Part shown: piece by piece, positions 19,061 through 26,290 of the stretch
Position numbering within the stretch: the stretch's first letter is position 1
How the letters are laid out: every line of letters starts with the position of its first letter
Virus record (IMG/VR): IMGVR_UViG_3300014050_000004
Location: 32,001 to 96,000 of that record
DNA from: a virus
DNA: 64,000 nt
Direction: 5' to 3' (one strand)
Position numbers and translations under genes: made by a program
Notes under the pieces: generated by a model
Told to the model about the DNA's origin: nothing
What the model saw: only the letters and a program-made list of their open reading frames with translations
The model's database searches: none

Positions 19061-19486
19061 TCAGAAAGTGTCCGATTCGAGCATCTCCGCATATTCAAAT
19101 GCAAGGGATTCCAAAGCAGCTATCCTGTCAGTCAAAGAACTCAGTTTTTCTGAGTAGGATACTTCTTGCCCAGCTGCTAATCTGTGTTCATCATCTTTCT
19201 TCCTTGCGAGATCCTGAACTACCATCTTCGCGTCAATGTCCTCCCTCTCTTTAACCAAATTCTTGATTTCTCTCATTTGATTTTGCAAAGCCTGGAAAGC
19301 TCCCCTCTGCCTCGACAGCTTCATCTTCTCCTGCAGAGCCTCAATCTGTTCGGAAAGCTCTCTGTGTTTTTGTCCCAACACTTCGTATTCGTTGAAGCTT
19401 GCTTTTAGAGTGGATACATGCTCTGGTTCCAAAATGGTGCCTTTTGCATAATCCGTAGGCTTGTAAACCGGTTTCCTTGAACTCAT
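19061..19486 (-). CDS. Coiled-coil hypothetical protein
   Basis: 141 aa with heptad-like E/K/L/Q richness; GGGTAAA 24 nt upstream. Confidence 0.7.
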   Translation of the reverse strand: MSSRKPVYKPTDYAKGTILEPEHVSTLKASFNEYEVLGQKHRELSEQIEALQEKMKLSRQRGAFQALQNQMREIKNLVKEREDIDAKMVVQDLARKKDDEHRLAAGQEVSYSEKLSSLTDRIAALESLAFEYAEMLESDTF

Positions 19487-19500
19487 TGTTAGAAAAGGAT

Positions 19501-19887
19501 TTAATTCATTTTACCCTTTTTCGGAGCTGCCTTGCCAGTGCCAGCCACAGATCCCCAAGATACCAGGATGGGTTTCCCTCCTTTGATGGCCCAACCAAAC
19601 TTTTTTCCCGCTACCGACACAGGTTTGTTGTTCTGGACGGAGGAACCTTGCCCAGATGCTGTTTGTTTCAGCTTTCTCTCTTCATCCGTTTCTTCCCCAA
19701 CTTGTTGGTTCCCGGAACTGTCGACTCTTCTGCACAAGCCCCAAATCATCTTAGTGCCAGGGGGACAAGGGGAACCTGCCGGAGGTTGTTGTACGGGCTG
19801 GGATGTAGCGAAATCCCATTCAAGAACGGTATAGTCTCTACCCTCTACCAATCCATCCACACAAGGTATGTCGAATTGTCCAATCAT
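19501..19887 (-). CDS. Hypothetical protein with CPPG...C motif
   Basis: 128 aa; starts MIGQFD; contains CPPGTKMIWGLC; basic C-terminus. Confidence 0.7.
   Translation of the reverse strand: MIGQFDIPCVDGLVEGRDYTVLEWDFATSQPVQQPPAGSPCPPGTKMIWGLCRRVDSSGNQQVGEETDEERKLKQTASGQGSSVQNNKPVSVAGKKFGWAIKGGKPILVSWGSVAGTGKAAPKKGKMN
19510..19516 (-). promoter_or_regulatory. GGGTAAA candidate late-promoter element
   Basis: 24 nt upstream of ATG 19486; overlaps the last codons of the upstream ORF. Confidence 0.5.
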
Positions 19888-19910
19888 GTTTGTCTCTGCG
19901 TATATACGAT

Positions 19911-19917
19911 CTTACCC
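19911..19917 (-). promoter_or_regulatory. GGGTAAG candidate late-promoter element
   Basis: Immediately after the stop of 19918..20109 and 24 nt upstream of ATG 19887. Confidence 0.6.
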
Positions 19918-20109
19918 TTACAAGTAATCAGAGCCCAATACAATTTCCCTTCTGACATTACCACTTTTCTTGATCTTCATGGCAGCCTTTAGAAATTCGT
20001 TGGCTTCTGGCCCCATGCCTACTCTCCTGGCTTGTTTGTACTTTGCCATCAAAAACATGTACTCTTTTTCTTCGTCGTTCATATCAGAAACCTCTTGAAA
20101 TTTCACCAC
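19918..20109 (-). CDS. Small helical protein, paralog of 17536..17700 (alternative start ATG 20082)
   Basis: EKEYMFLMAKYKQARR...A...A.K....G.V..E...SDYL aligns with the 54-aa protein; overlaps the stop of 20103..20975. Confidence 0.7.
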   Translation of the reverse strand: MVKFQEVSDMNDEEKEYMFLMAKYKQARRVGMGPEANEFLKAAMKIKKSGNVRREIVLGSDYL

Positions 20110-20975
20110 TTGACCTTGTCAGCCCAGTACGCACTTGAGGATGGTCCTTTCTCTATGTTCTTAGCGTGGCGGGCTTGAAAAGACTCTCTCCTGGCCTTGT
20201 ACGCTTCGCTCTCTCCTTCCTTTTTCGGAGAACCCTTGACTCCTTGTTGACCGAACCTTTTTATCTCTTGAGTGCCGCCAGAAGAAACTTCTTCCTTCCC
20301 TCTGTAACAAGCCTTAACTATGTGAGATTTGGTCGGATGGTCAGGAGTTGCCTTAGGTTTGTTGCACTCAAGTTCGTCTTTGTTCACCCTTTCGTAAAAC
20401 TCAGATATAACCTCTTCGGCTCTCTTAATTCTCTCCTTAAGCAACTCTGATTGCTCCTTGTGGAACTTGAATTTTTTGAGTATGAGATTGATCTCGGCTG
20501 CCGGCCCTGATCTACCCCCAAGCTTCTCATACTTCCTTTTGGCTTCTTTCATGGCTTCGTTATGCTCATCAAGCTCTCCTTTCATATTCTTGAGCTTTCT
20601 TGGGCTGATTTTGCCAAGTTGAGTTTGTGGTTTTGTAGGTTGACTCTCTCCTAGCCATTCCCTGGCCTGCTGTTTCGCTTTTTGGAGTGTTAAACCCTCC
20701 TTCTTTTGTTTGCCAACCGTCACAGTATATCGGGCCTGCTTACCGGGTTCTCTTATACCTCCCCCTCCAGTAAATGCATCCTCTGCCATTATAGAGCCAA
20801 CATTGCGACCTTGGTCGTCTTTCACAGAAAACAGCCCAGTCTCCCTCCTTTGAATACTGACGGCGGACCCTTTGCGACAGGTGCCAGCGGTCCCATAGGT
20901 TGTTCCATCCGGGCGCTGGCATCTGGTAAACTCATGCACAGAAGCAAGAATGGAGGGGTTAATGCTTCCAAACAT
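20103..20975 (-). CDS. Modular hypothetical protein (Cys module + coiled coil + basic C-terminal phage domain)
   Basis: N-terminal EFTRCQRPDGTTYGTAGTCRKG; C-terminal PDHPTKSHIVKAC...IKRFGQQG...RRESFQARHAKNI...SAYWADKVKW. Confidence 0.7.
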   Translation of the reverse strand: MFGSINPSILASVHEFTRCQRPDGTTYGTAGTCRKGSAVSIQRRETGLFSVKDDQGRNVGSIMAEDAFTGGGGIREPGKQARYTVTVGKQKKEGLTLQKAKQQAREWLGESQPTKPQTQLGKISPRKLKNMKGELDEHNEAMKEAKRKYEKLGGRSGPAAEINLILKKFKFHKEQSELLKERIKRAEEVISEFYERVNKDELECNKPKATPDHPTKSHIVKACYRGKEEVSSGGTQEIKRFGQQGVKGSPKKEGESEAYKARRESFQARHAKNIEKGPSSSAYWADKVKW

Positions 20976-20978
20976 GGT

Positions 20979-21380
20979 TCAATCTCTGAAACTCAGGTAA
21001 TCTGACACTGAGGAAAGGTTTTGCTTACTCATTGTAATCTTGGCTGCAACCCAGGGCTCCAAATTGTCTTCTGGGGTGATTTGGCTTAGAATTTGCATGA
21101 TGTCTGAAGCCATTGCCCTCAACTCGGACATTGCCATTCGAGCATTCGGCTCAACCTCAACCTCATCCTCTTCATCTTCCCAATCCGAACCCCAGGCCTC
21201 ATCCTCATCGTCATACCCACCCTCTTCTTCTTCAAGGTCATCCCCGAAGAACATGTTAGGGTTGGAGTATGCCGCCCGTGAAGCTAAGGCAGGGGCTACT
21301 ACCATGTAGTCTACGGGGTTTTCTAGACCCTCTGAAAAGGACCTTAAAGAGTCCTCTGAAAAACTTCCCCACTGATTCAT
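20979..21380 (-). CDS. Acidic hypothetical protein, possibly head-internal
   Basis: Start revised to ATG 21380 (ATGA overlap). MNQWGSFSEDSLRSFSEG, a D/E tract, then MAMSELRAM...DNLEPWVAAKIT...VSDYL. Confidence 0.7.
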   Translation of the reverse strand: MNQWGSFSEDSLRSFSEGLENPVDYMVVAPALASRAAYSNPNMFFGDDLEEEEGGYDDEDEAWGSDWEDEEDEVEVEPNARMAMSELRAMASDIMQILSQITPEDNLEPWVAAKITMSKQNLSSVSDYLSFRD

Positions 21381-21904
21381 TTCTTTTTCCGTTTGAGATT
21401 TTTCCAAAGGTCTGCGTCAGCTTCTCTAGCTTTGCCAACCCCTGTTATGAAAGAGTTTACCCTTGCTAAGGCCCACTGTTGAGGAGCTACTCCGGGCCTG
21501 TGACCGGATCTCCAAGCAGCCATACCTCTGTTGTACACCTTTTTCAGTATGCTCAAGGGAATGCCAGATTTCTTAGACTTGTTCTCCAGAGCTTTGATCG
21601 AAGGCTTTTTCTTCTTCATCTCTGCAAACTTATCTTCAAAAGCTGCAGTGGCTTTGGACTTGGGAATGCTTTCATTCCTCTTTCTGAACCTTTTGTCTGA
21701 TTCCCAATCTTTGTACAATTCTTTGGAGCTGACTTTGCCTTCAGAGGCTTTTTTCATGGTTCTTTGAACCTCTCTCTGAGCTATATTTTGCTCCTCCAAA
21801 GTTAACCCTTTCTTATAGCTATCCGGCAAGTTCCTCTCTATGTACTCCGTATTGAATCCTAGAGAGGCTACCCTGGCCCAATCATAGGGGTTTGAGCGCG
21901 TCAT
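21377..21904 (-). CDS. Basic hypothetical protein (widespread viral family, DUF5824-like)
   Basis: C-terminal KSGIPLSILKKVYNRGMAAWRSGHRPGVAPQQWALARVNSFI. Confidence 0.6.
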   Translation of the reverse strand: MTRSNPYDWARVASLGFNTEYIERNLPDSYKKGLTLEEQNIAQREVQRTMKKASEGKVSSKELYKDWESDKRFRKRNESIPKSKATAAFEDKFAEMKKKKPSIKALENKSKKSGIPLSILKKVYNRGMAAWRSGHRPGVAPQQWALARVNSFITGVGKAREADADLWKNLKRKKK

Positions 21905-22235
21905 TAGGGTTCTTTATTTGTACTTTGTAGAATTCCATTTTCAGCTCTTCTACTTTTTCAGACAGCCTATAGAAATCTTCTTTCAAGACATACTTGGTAG
22001 GTAATTCAGCTCTGATGTCGTTGACTGCGTCCTGAACTTTCTGAACATGGAACAGCACCAGGTCGACTTTTTCCTTGCTTTCAGAGAAGATCTTGTCCTC
22101 TCGCTCCTTGGCCTCTTCTCTAACTTTTTCAACCCTTGTGGACCCTTGGCTTTGAAGCCAAAAAGCTCCCCCAACCCCGCTAGCTGCAGCGGTTATGATC
22201 AAAGATGCAATACCCAGTACAATTTCTGGTCCCAT
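21882..22235 (-). CDS. Single-TM coiled-coil membrane protein
   Basis: Hydrophobic N-terminus IVLGIASLIITAAASGVGGAFWL followed by a coiled coil with ELPTKYVLKEDF. Confidence 0.65.
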   Translation of the reverse strand: MGPEIVLGIASLIITAAASGVGGAFWLQSQGSTRVEKVREEAKEREDKIFSESKEKVDLVLFHVQKVQDAVNDIRAELPTKYVLKEDFYRLSEKVEELKMEFYKVQIKNPNDALKPL

Positions 22236-22238
22236 GAC

Positions 22239-23219
22239 TCATTCCCTCCCTGGCAAACCAGATTTTCCTTCTTTCAATCTCTGCTTCACAGATTCTGGGA
22301 GACCTGACTCCCATCCGTTTTTCTTTGCGATGGCAATGATCTTTTTCATTACAAGGTCAGGGTTCTTGGCCCGCCCAACAGAAGACCAAGCGGCACTTAC
22401 ATCTTGAGGACTTGAGATTGGGAAAGACATGCCAGGGCCAGCAAAGTCTCCCTTGACTGAGCCTTTCTGCAATTCTTTTCTCTCCTCCACAGTCCACTCT
22501 CTGAATTCTGGAGTGGGTAAACCAGATTCCCCCTTACCAAGTCTCTCCTTGACGCTTTCTGGCAAACCAGATTCCCATCCGTACTTCTTGGCAATTTTTA
22601 TGATATTCGCCATCACTTTGCGGGGGTCTTTTGCTCTCCCAACAGAAGTCCAAGCTGTTCCCACATCTTCTGGGCTAGCAATGGGGAAAGACATACCAGG
22701 ACCAGCAAATTCTCCCTTCATTTCTCCGCTGTGGAGCTTCTCTCTCTTTTCGGAAGACCACTCTCGGAATTCTCGGTCGAGTTTGGCTTTACAGGAAGAG
22801 CATTTACACTTACCTGGCCCTTCACACTTTGAGGAACACCCTTCTTCGAACACCGCCTGAGGCATCGATAAGAGTTCTGAATCATCAGCAAACTTGTATT
22901 CTTGTTTCTTAATCTCACGGAAAGCAGCAGCCCTGGCCTTCTTTCTACTCATGATTTCTTTCATGACTTCAGGCCCTTCAGCATGCTCGTTCCGATTGCG
23001 GTTGATTAAGCCAGCCCTCTTTTCTCGGGCTTTACGATTCATCTCCAGGATCGACTCATTGTGGTAGGTTAGATTTCCGTCCTCATCCGTCCTCCACTTT
23101 TTGCCGGATTTGTTCATTTCTGCTAATTTGTCTGAAGAAATTGCTGTAGCAGCGTTGATAGCTCCCCCAACCCCTGGCAGAGTCACTGAAGAAAAGTTGA
23201 GGTTGGGTATGTCCATCAC
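22239..23219 (-). CDS. Hypothetical protein with Cys cluster and duplicated domain (DUF6582-like)
   Basis: CSSKCEGPGKCKCSSC followed by two 88-aa repeats; GGGTAAA 21-24 nt upstream. Confidence 0.7.
   Translation of the reverse strand: MMDIPNLNFSSVTLPGVGGAINAATAISSDKLAEMNKSGKKWRTDEDGNLTYHNESILEMNRKAREKRAGLINRNRNEHAEGPEVMKEIMSRKKARAAAFREIKKQEYKFADDSELLSMPQAVFEEGCSSKCEGPGKCKCSSCKAKLDREFREWSSEKREKLHSGEMKGEFAGPGMSFPIASPEDVGTAWTSVGRAKDPRKVMANIIKIAKKYGWESGLPESVKERLGKGESGLPTPEFREWTVEERKELQKGSVKGDFAGPGMSFPISSPQDVSAAWSSVGRAKNPDLVMKKIIAIAKKNGWESGLPESVKQRLKEGKSGLPGRE
22245..22772 (-). repeat. Coding tandem duplication with a 264-nt period
   Basis: EFREWSSEKREKL...GEFAGPGMSFPIASPEDV...WESGLPESVKERL and EFREWTVEERKEL...GDFAGPGMSFPISSPQDV...WESGLPESVKQRL. 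Confidence 0.9.
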
Positions 23220-23239
23220 AGAGAATTTGGCTGTTAAGT

Positions 23240-23246
23240 TTTACCC
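23240..23246 (-). promoter_or_regulatory. GGGTAAA candidate late-promoter element
   Basis: Intergenic, 21-24 nt upstream of starts 23219/23216. Confidence 0.65.
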
Positions 23247-23253
23247 TGTTACT

Positions 23254-23565
23254 TTAGGGGTTTGCTTCATTATTGTCTTGTTGTGGTGTTTCCTTGCGCT
23301 TTCTGCTTTGTCCTAGAGCTGTTACAGACCCTTGAGAAGCAGAAGGAACAAGCAATGCCAGCAAAGTGGCAAGTGCAACCTTGCCGGTCTCACTGAGAGA
23401 GGAAGCAGCGTTGTTACACACGAGAGTGACCTTTTCAGACTCTTTTGAGGACTGAATTGCCGAGTGGCAGGAGAACATTTGGTACCCCACGGTCACAAAT
23501 TGAACCACGAAGATACTCACAAGAGCCCTAATCAGGAATGCTCTCTCATTGAACTGATTCAGCAT
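23254..23565 (-). CDS. Two-TM membrane protein (holin candidate)
   Basis: Hydrophobic segments FLIRALVSIFVVQFVTVGY and VALATLLALLV; charged C-terminal tail. Confidence 0.5.
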   Translation of the reverse strand: MLNQFNERAFLIRALVSIFVVQFVTVGYQMFSCHSAIQSSKESEKVTLVCNNAASSLSETGKVALATLLALLVPSASQGSVTALGQSRKRKETPQQDNNEANP

Positions 23566-23590
23566 CTGAGTAAAATTGAGTACCTAGGAG

Positions 23591-23597
23591 TTTACCC
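23591..23597 (-). promoter_or_regulatory. GGGTAAA candidate late-promoter element
   Basis: Directly after the stop at 23598 and 26 nt upstream of ATG 23565. Confidence 0.65.
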
Positions 23598-24134
23598 TCA
23601 AACCTCATCCATCAGTTCTGCGATGATGTTATCAATCTCAGAATCACCCCCTTCTGCTTCATCGGATGCGAGATCATCTTCAAGAATGTCAAGAAGATCT
23701 TCAAGCTCATCCACCGTTATGTCAATGTCAGCCTCATCTTCCATATCTTCTTCAAACTCATCGGATCGGGACTCAAGAATACCTTCTAGCAATAGCTCAA
23801 GTTCTTGATCTTCCTCGTCATATTCCTCCTCTTCTCCCTCAAGAATGTCATCAAGCAACAGCTCAAGTTCCTCCTCTGTGAGTTCCTCCTCTTCTTCACC
23901 TTGAGCTTGAATTACCAGGCTCTGGTTGGCTTGAAACAAAGGGTCATTTCCAGGGTTAGCCTTCCACAAGCCTGTGTGTTGAATCCAGGGAGAGGTATTG
24001 ATGACGGTGTCAGTGGGTAACCCAGTGTATTCGTCGATCTCAATGTCCTCAGGGACTTGCAAACTCTGGGCGTAAGCCATCCTGAAAGCTTCAATGGATT
24101 CGGTGTCAAAATCCCCGTTGATTCTGTTAACCAT
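23598..24134 (-). CDS. Highly acidic scaffold-like protein
   Basis: Start revised to ATG 24134 (MVNRINGDFDTESIEAF), 28 nt below GGGTAAG. Repeated E/D-rich amphipathic helices (EELELLLDDILE, ELEDLLDILE, EIDNIIAELMDE). Confidence 0.7.
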   Translation of the reverse strand: MVNRINGDFDTESIEAFRMAYAQSLQVPEDIEIDEYTGLPTDTVINTSPWIQHTGLWKANPGNDPLFQANQSLVIQAQGEEEEELTEEELELLLDDILEGEEEEYDEEDQELELLLEGILESRSDEFEEDMEDEADIDITVDELEDLLDILEDDLASDEAEGGDSEIDNIIAELMDEV

Positions 24135-24161
24135 GGTTGAGAAGTAAAGTTTCAGTGTAAA

Positions 24162-24168
24162 CTTACCC
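24162..24168 (-). promoter_or_regulatory. GGGTAAG candidate late-promoter element
   Basis: Overlaps the stop of 24163..24405; 28 nt upstream of ATG 24134. Confidence 0.6.
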
Positions 24169-24405
24169 TTTATCCCTCCATCCAGACATCTTTCCAGACA
24201 CATCTTGCAAAAGCTTAGAGTTGCCTTGAAGGTTGCCTGTGGAACTTTCTTCAAAGGTGGGACTTACAGTCTCCGAAAGCTTGTCTAGCAATGCCCCGTG
24301 TTCTTTATTAACAGCCCTTCTACACACCCGGTCGGCTGACACGAGCAAGGGTCCGCAAGGCACAAGACCTTGACTTTCTATGGACAATTTGACATTCTTC
24401 GTCAT
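24163..24405 (-). CDS. Hypothetical protein
   Basis: 80 aa; ATGA overlap with the upstream gene. Confidence 0.55.
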   Translation of the reverse strand: MTKNVKLSIESQGLVPCGPLLVSADRVCRRAVNKEHGALLDKLSETVSPTFEESSTGNLQGNSKLLQDVSGKMSGWRDKG

Positions 24406-24737
24406 GCGGATGTCCTATCTGGGTTGTGCCAAGTGTTCAGGTAGTCGGGATAATGAGAGTTCATTTTGCGTTCTAACCGAGGTTTAACATCTTCTTTGTT
24501 GCTTTCTCTCATCCCAGCAATAACTGCATCTCTCATTTTTCTAAGATCTTCTCTTGGAACGTTGCAATGAGGGCTGTCCCTGTAAGTGCGGAACCACCTG
24601 CAGACCTCGGAAGGGTCGTCTGACTGAAGCATCATGTTCCAAACAACGGTAGCCTGAGAATCCTTGAATATGCCGGATGGCAATCTGGCCTCCAGATCTT
24701 CTCTACTTGGGCGTTTGAAGCGTGTGTCTCTCCTCAT
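24402..24737 (-). CDS. Hypothetical protein immediately downstream of the HNH gene
   Basis: 111 aa; starts 2 nt after the HNH gene stop. Confidence 0.65.
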   Translation of the reverse strand: MRRDTRFKRPSREDLEARLPSGIFKDSQATVVWNMMLQSDDPSEVCRWFRTYRDSPHCNVPREDLRKMRDAVIAGMRESNKEDVKPRLERKMNSHYPDYLNTWHNPDRTSA

Positions 24738-24738
24738 G

Positions 24739-26208
24739 TTACAACAAATTGTCTAGGTTGGGGACAAATTCCCTCAGCACTTGAGACAAATCATCACCAT
24801 ATTCGCTACTCTTCTGCTTCTGCAGGGCGAGCCTTGCGCTATTATTTCCTCTCACCGACATTGCCTCCTCGTCGGTCAAAATGCGAGCTTTTCTTAGGTC
24901 TTCCAGTTGTCCAATAAGTTGTTGTTTTTTCGAGGGGTCGACTGCTGCCAAAGCAATGAGAACGGCAGTACTCGGTTTAACTTTGGTTCCTGGCAAGGTT
25001 GGGACTCCATTGTTCATGAAAGCTGGCTTGCCTCCCATCCTGTGGTCAAGGTCTCTGTCTTGGTGCTGCCAACCCACCCCTGCCGCTCTTATCAAGTACC
25101 TTACCTTGTCACCGTAAGACTCAACAAGTTTCTTGGTATTTGCAACTCTTTCCTCGGGCGTGATGCTTGACAAAGCTTGGGACAATTCTCCAGGAGCTTG
25201 AGCCTTCTTGCCTTTCGTCGCCGCCGCCGACTCCGTAGCCGGATTGTACACCTGGTTGTTGTACTCTTCCCTTCCCATTTTCTGATACTTTTCAAGGGAT
25301 TGTTTCCACTTGGTAAAGTTGTCATCGGCTCCAGCCTTCTGGTTGTTTGGTTGAGCGGCTGCCCAGAGGAGGTTCCTTGGCTGGTCTCCGCCACCACCTT
25401 TCGCCAAAGCGTGTGCAAACGCCACCATGTGTTCCGGTTCGGCATTTCTGATGTCAATTGGCTTCCCAGTGTAGGGGTCTAGCCCACCTTGTTCCATCCA
25501 TCTTTTGACAAGGAACACACCCCTTGCTTTTGTCGGCTTACTTGAAAAGGTCGGATTACCTTTCTCGTCGTCCCCCGCATACATTACGCCTTCGCCCTTC
25601 ACAGCCCCAGCTTTGTCAATCGCAGATCTAACCTTTGCTGGCAACATGTTGTAGGCTGCTACAGCTACGGAGTCAGAGATTTCATTTTTGAGGTATTCAT
25701 TTTTGATGAGATCTCCCATACCTCCCTTTGCAGAAGGGTCAAACTTTCCTTCTTTTGAGAAAGAGGCCTGGTAAGCCTTCTCAAGGCTCTCCAGCTTCCC
25801 TGGCTTCAAAGCTGCTTCAATTTCATCGAAACTCATGACCCTTGGGGCATTCCTGTCTTGCCCGGGAGTTACGATCGTGCTGATGAGGAGGTTGGCAACT
25901 GAGTCAAGCTCTGTGTCCGAGGTTTTACCGGTATCAACCAGTTTCTTGAACAAGTCAAAAGCTTTCTGTTGGGAAGGCTCAATGTCCTTCAACTTTGAGA
26001 CCACTTCTTCAGCAGTTCCTTCCGACACTGAGCCTTGCTCCACCCGCTCAGACAGCAATTTAGAAACTTTTGAGATTGCCAAGCCTAAGGAAGGTGGCAA
26101 ATCTACCACACATTGATTGTTACGGTATATGCATGTAGCTCCGCAAGACTTCCCCTTGGTGCACTTGTCTTTTGAAGAAGGACTTTGGAAGTCGAACCAA
26201 TGAACCAT
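24739..26208 (-). CDS. HNH-type endonuclease with N-terminal 4-Cys module
   Basis: Likely start ATG 26208 (MVHWFDF); CTKGKSCGATCIYRNNQC; HNH core WMEQGGLDPYTGKPID...EPEHMVAF...DQPRNLLWAAAQPNNQK. Confidence 0.7.
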   Translation of the reverse strand: MVHWFDFQSPSSKDKCTKGKSCGATCIYRNNQCVVDLPPSLGLAISKVSKLLSERVEQGSVSEGTAEEVVSKLKDIEPSQQKAFDLFKKLVDTGKTSDTELDSVANLLISTIVTPGQDRNAPRVMSFDEIEAALKPGKLESLEKAYQASFSKEGKFDPSAKGGMGDLIKNEYLKNEISDSVAVAAYNMLPAKVRSAIDKAGAVKGEGVMYAGDDEKGNPTFSSKPTKARGVFLVKRWMEQGGLDPYTGKPIDIRNAEPEHMVAFAHALAKGGGGDQPRNLLWAAAQPNNQKAGADDNFTKWKQSLEKYQKMGREEYNNQVYNPATESAAATKGKKAQAPGELSQALSSITPEERVANTKKLVESYGDKVRYLIRAAGVGWQHQDRDLDHRMGGKPAFMNNGVPTLPGTKVKPSTAVLIALAAVDPSKKQQLIGQLEDLRKARILTDEEAMSVRGNNSARLALQKQKSSEYGDDLSQVLREFVPNLDNLL

Positions 26209-26231
26209 TTTTGCACGCATCAATACAAAAG

Positions 26232-26265
26232 TTTACCCTTTCACAAATTAAGAGAGTCGGGTAAA
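26232..26265. promoter_or_regulatory. Divergent pair of GGGTAAA elements
   Basis: Minus-strand copy at 26232-26238 (24 nt before ATG 26208) and plus-strand copy at 26259-26265 (26 nt before the phoH ATG at 26291). Confidence 0.7.
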
Positions 26266-26290
26266 AACAGGGCAGAGTTGTCCTTAAGCT

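Noticed and set aside
22245-22772. Direct repeats as a CRISPR array or mobile-element ends
   Set aside because: They are in-frame coding duplications with synonymous divergence and no spacers.
24739-26208. Cas9/IscB call for the HNH protein
   Set aside because: No RuvC I/II/III motifs or Arg-rich bridge helix recognised, and no CRISPR array or obvious ncRNA gap nearby.
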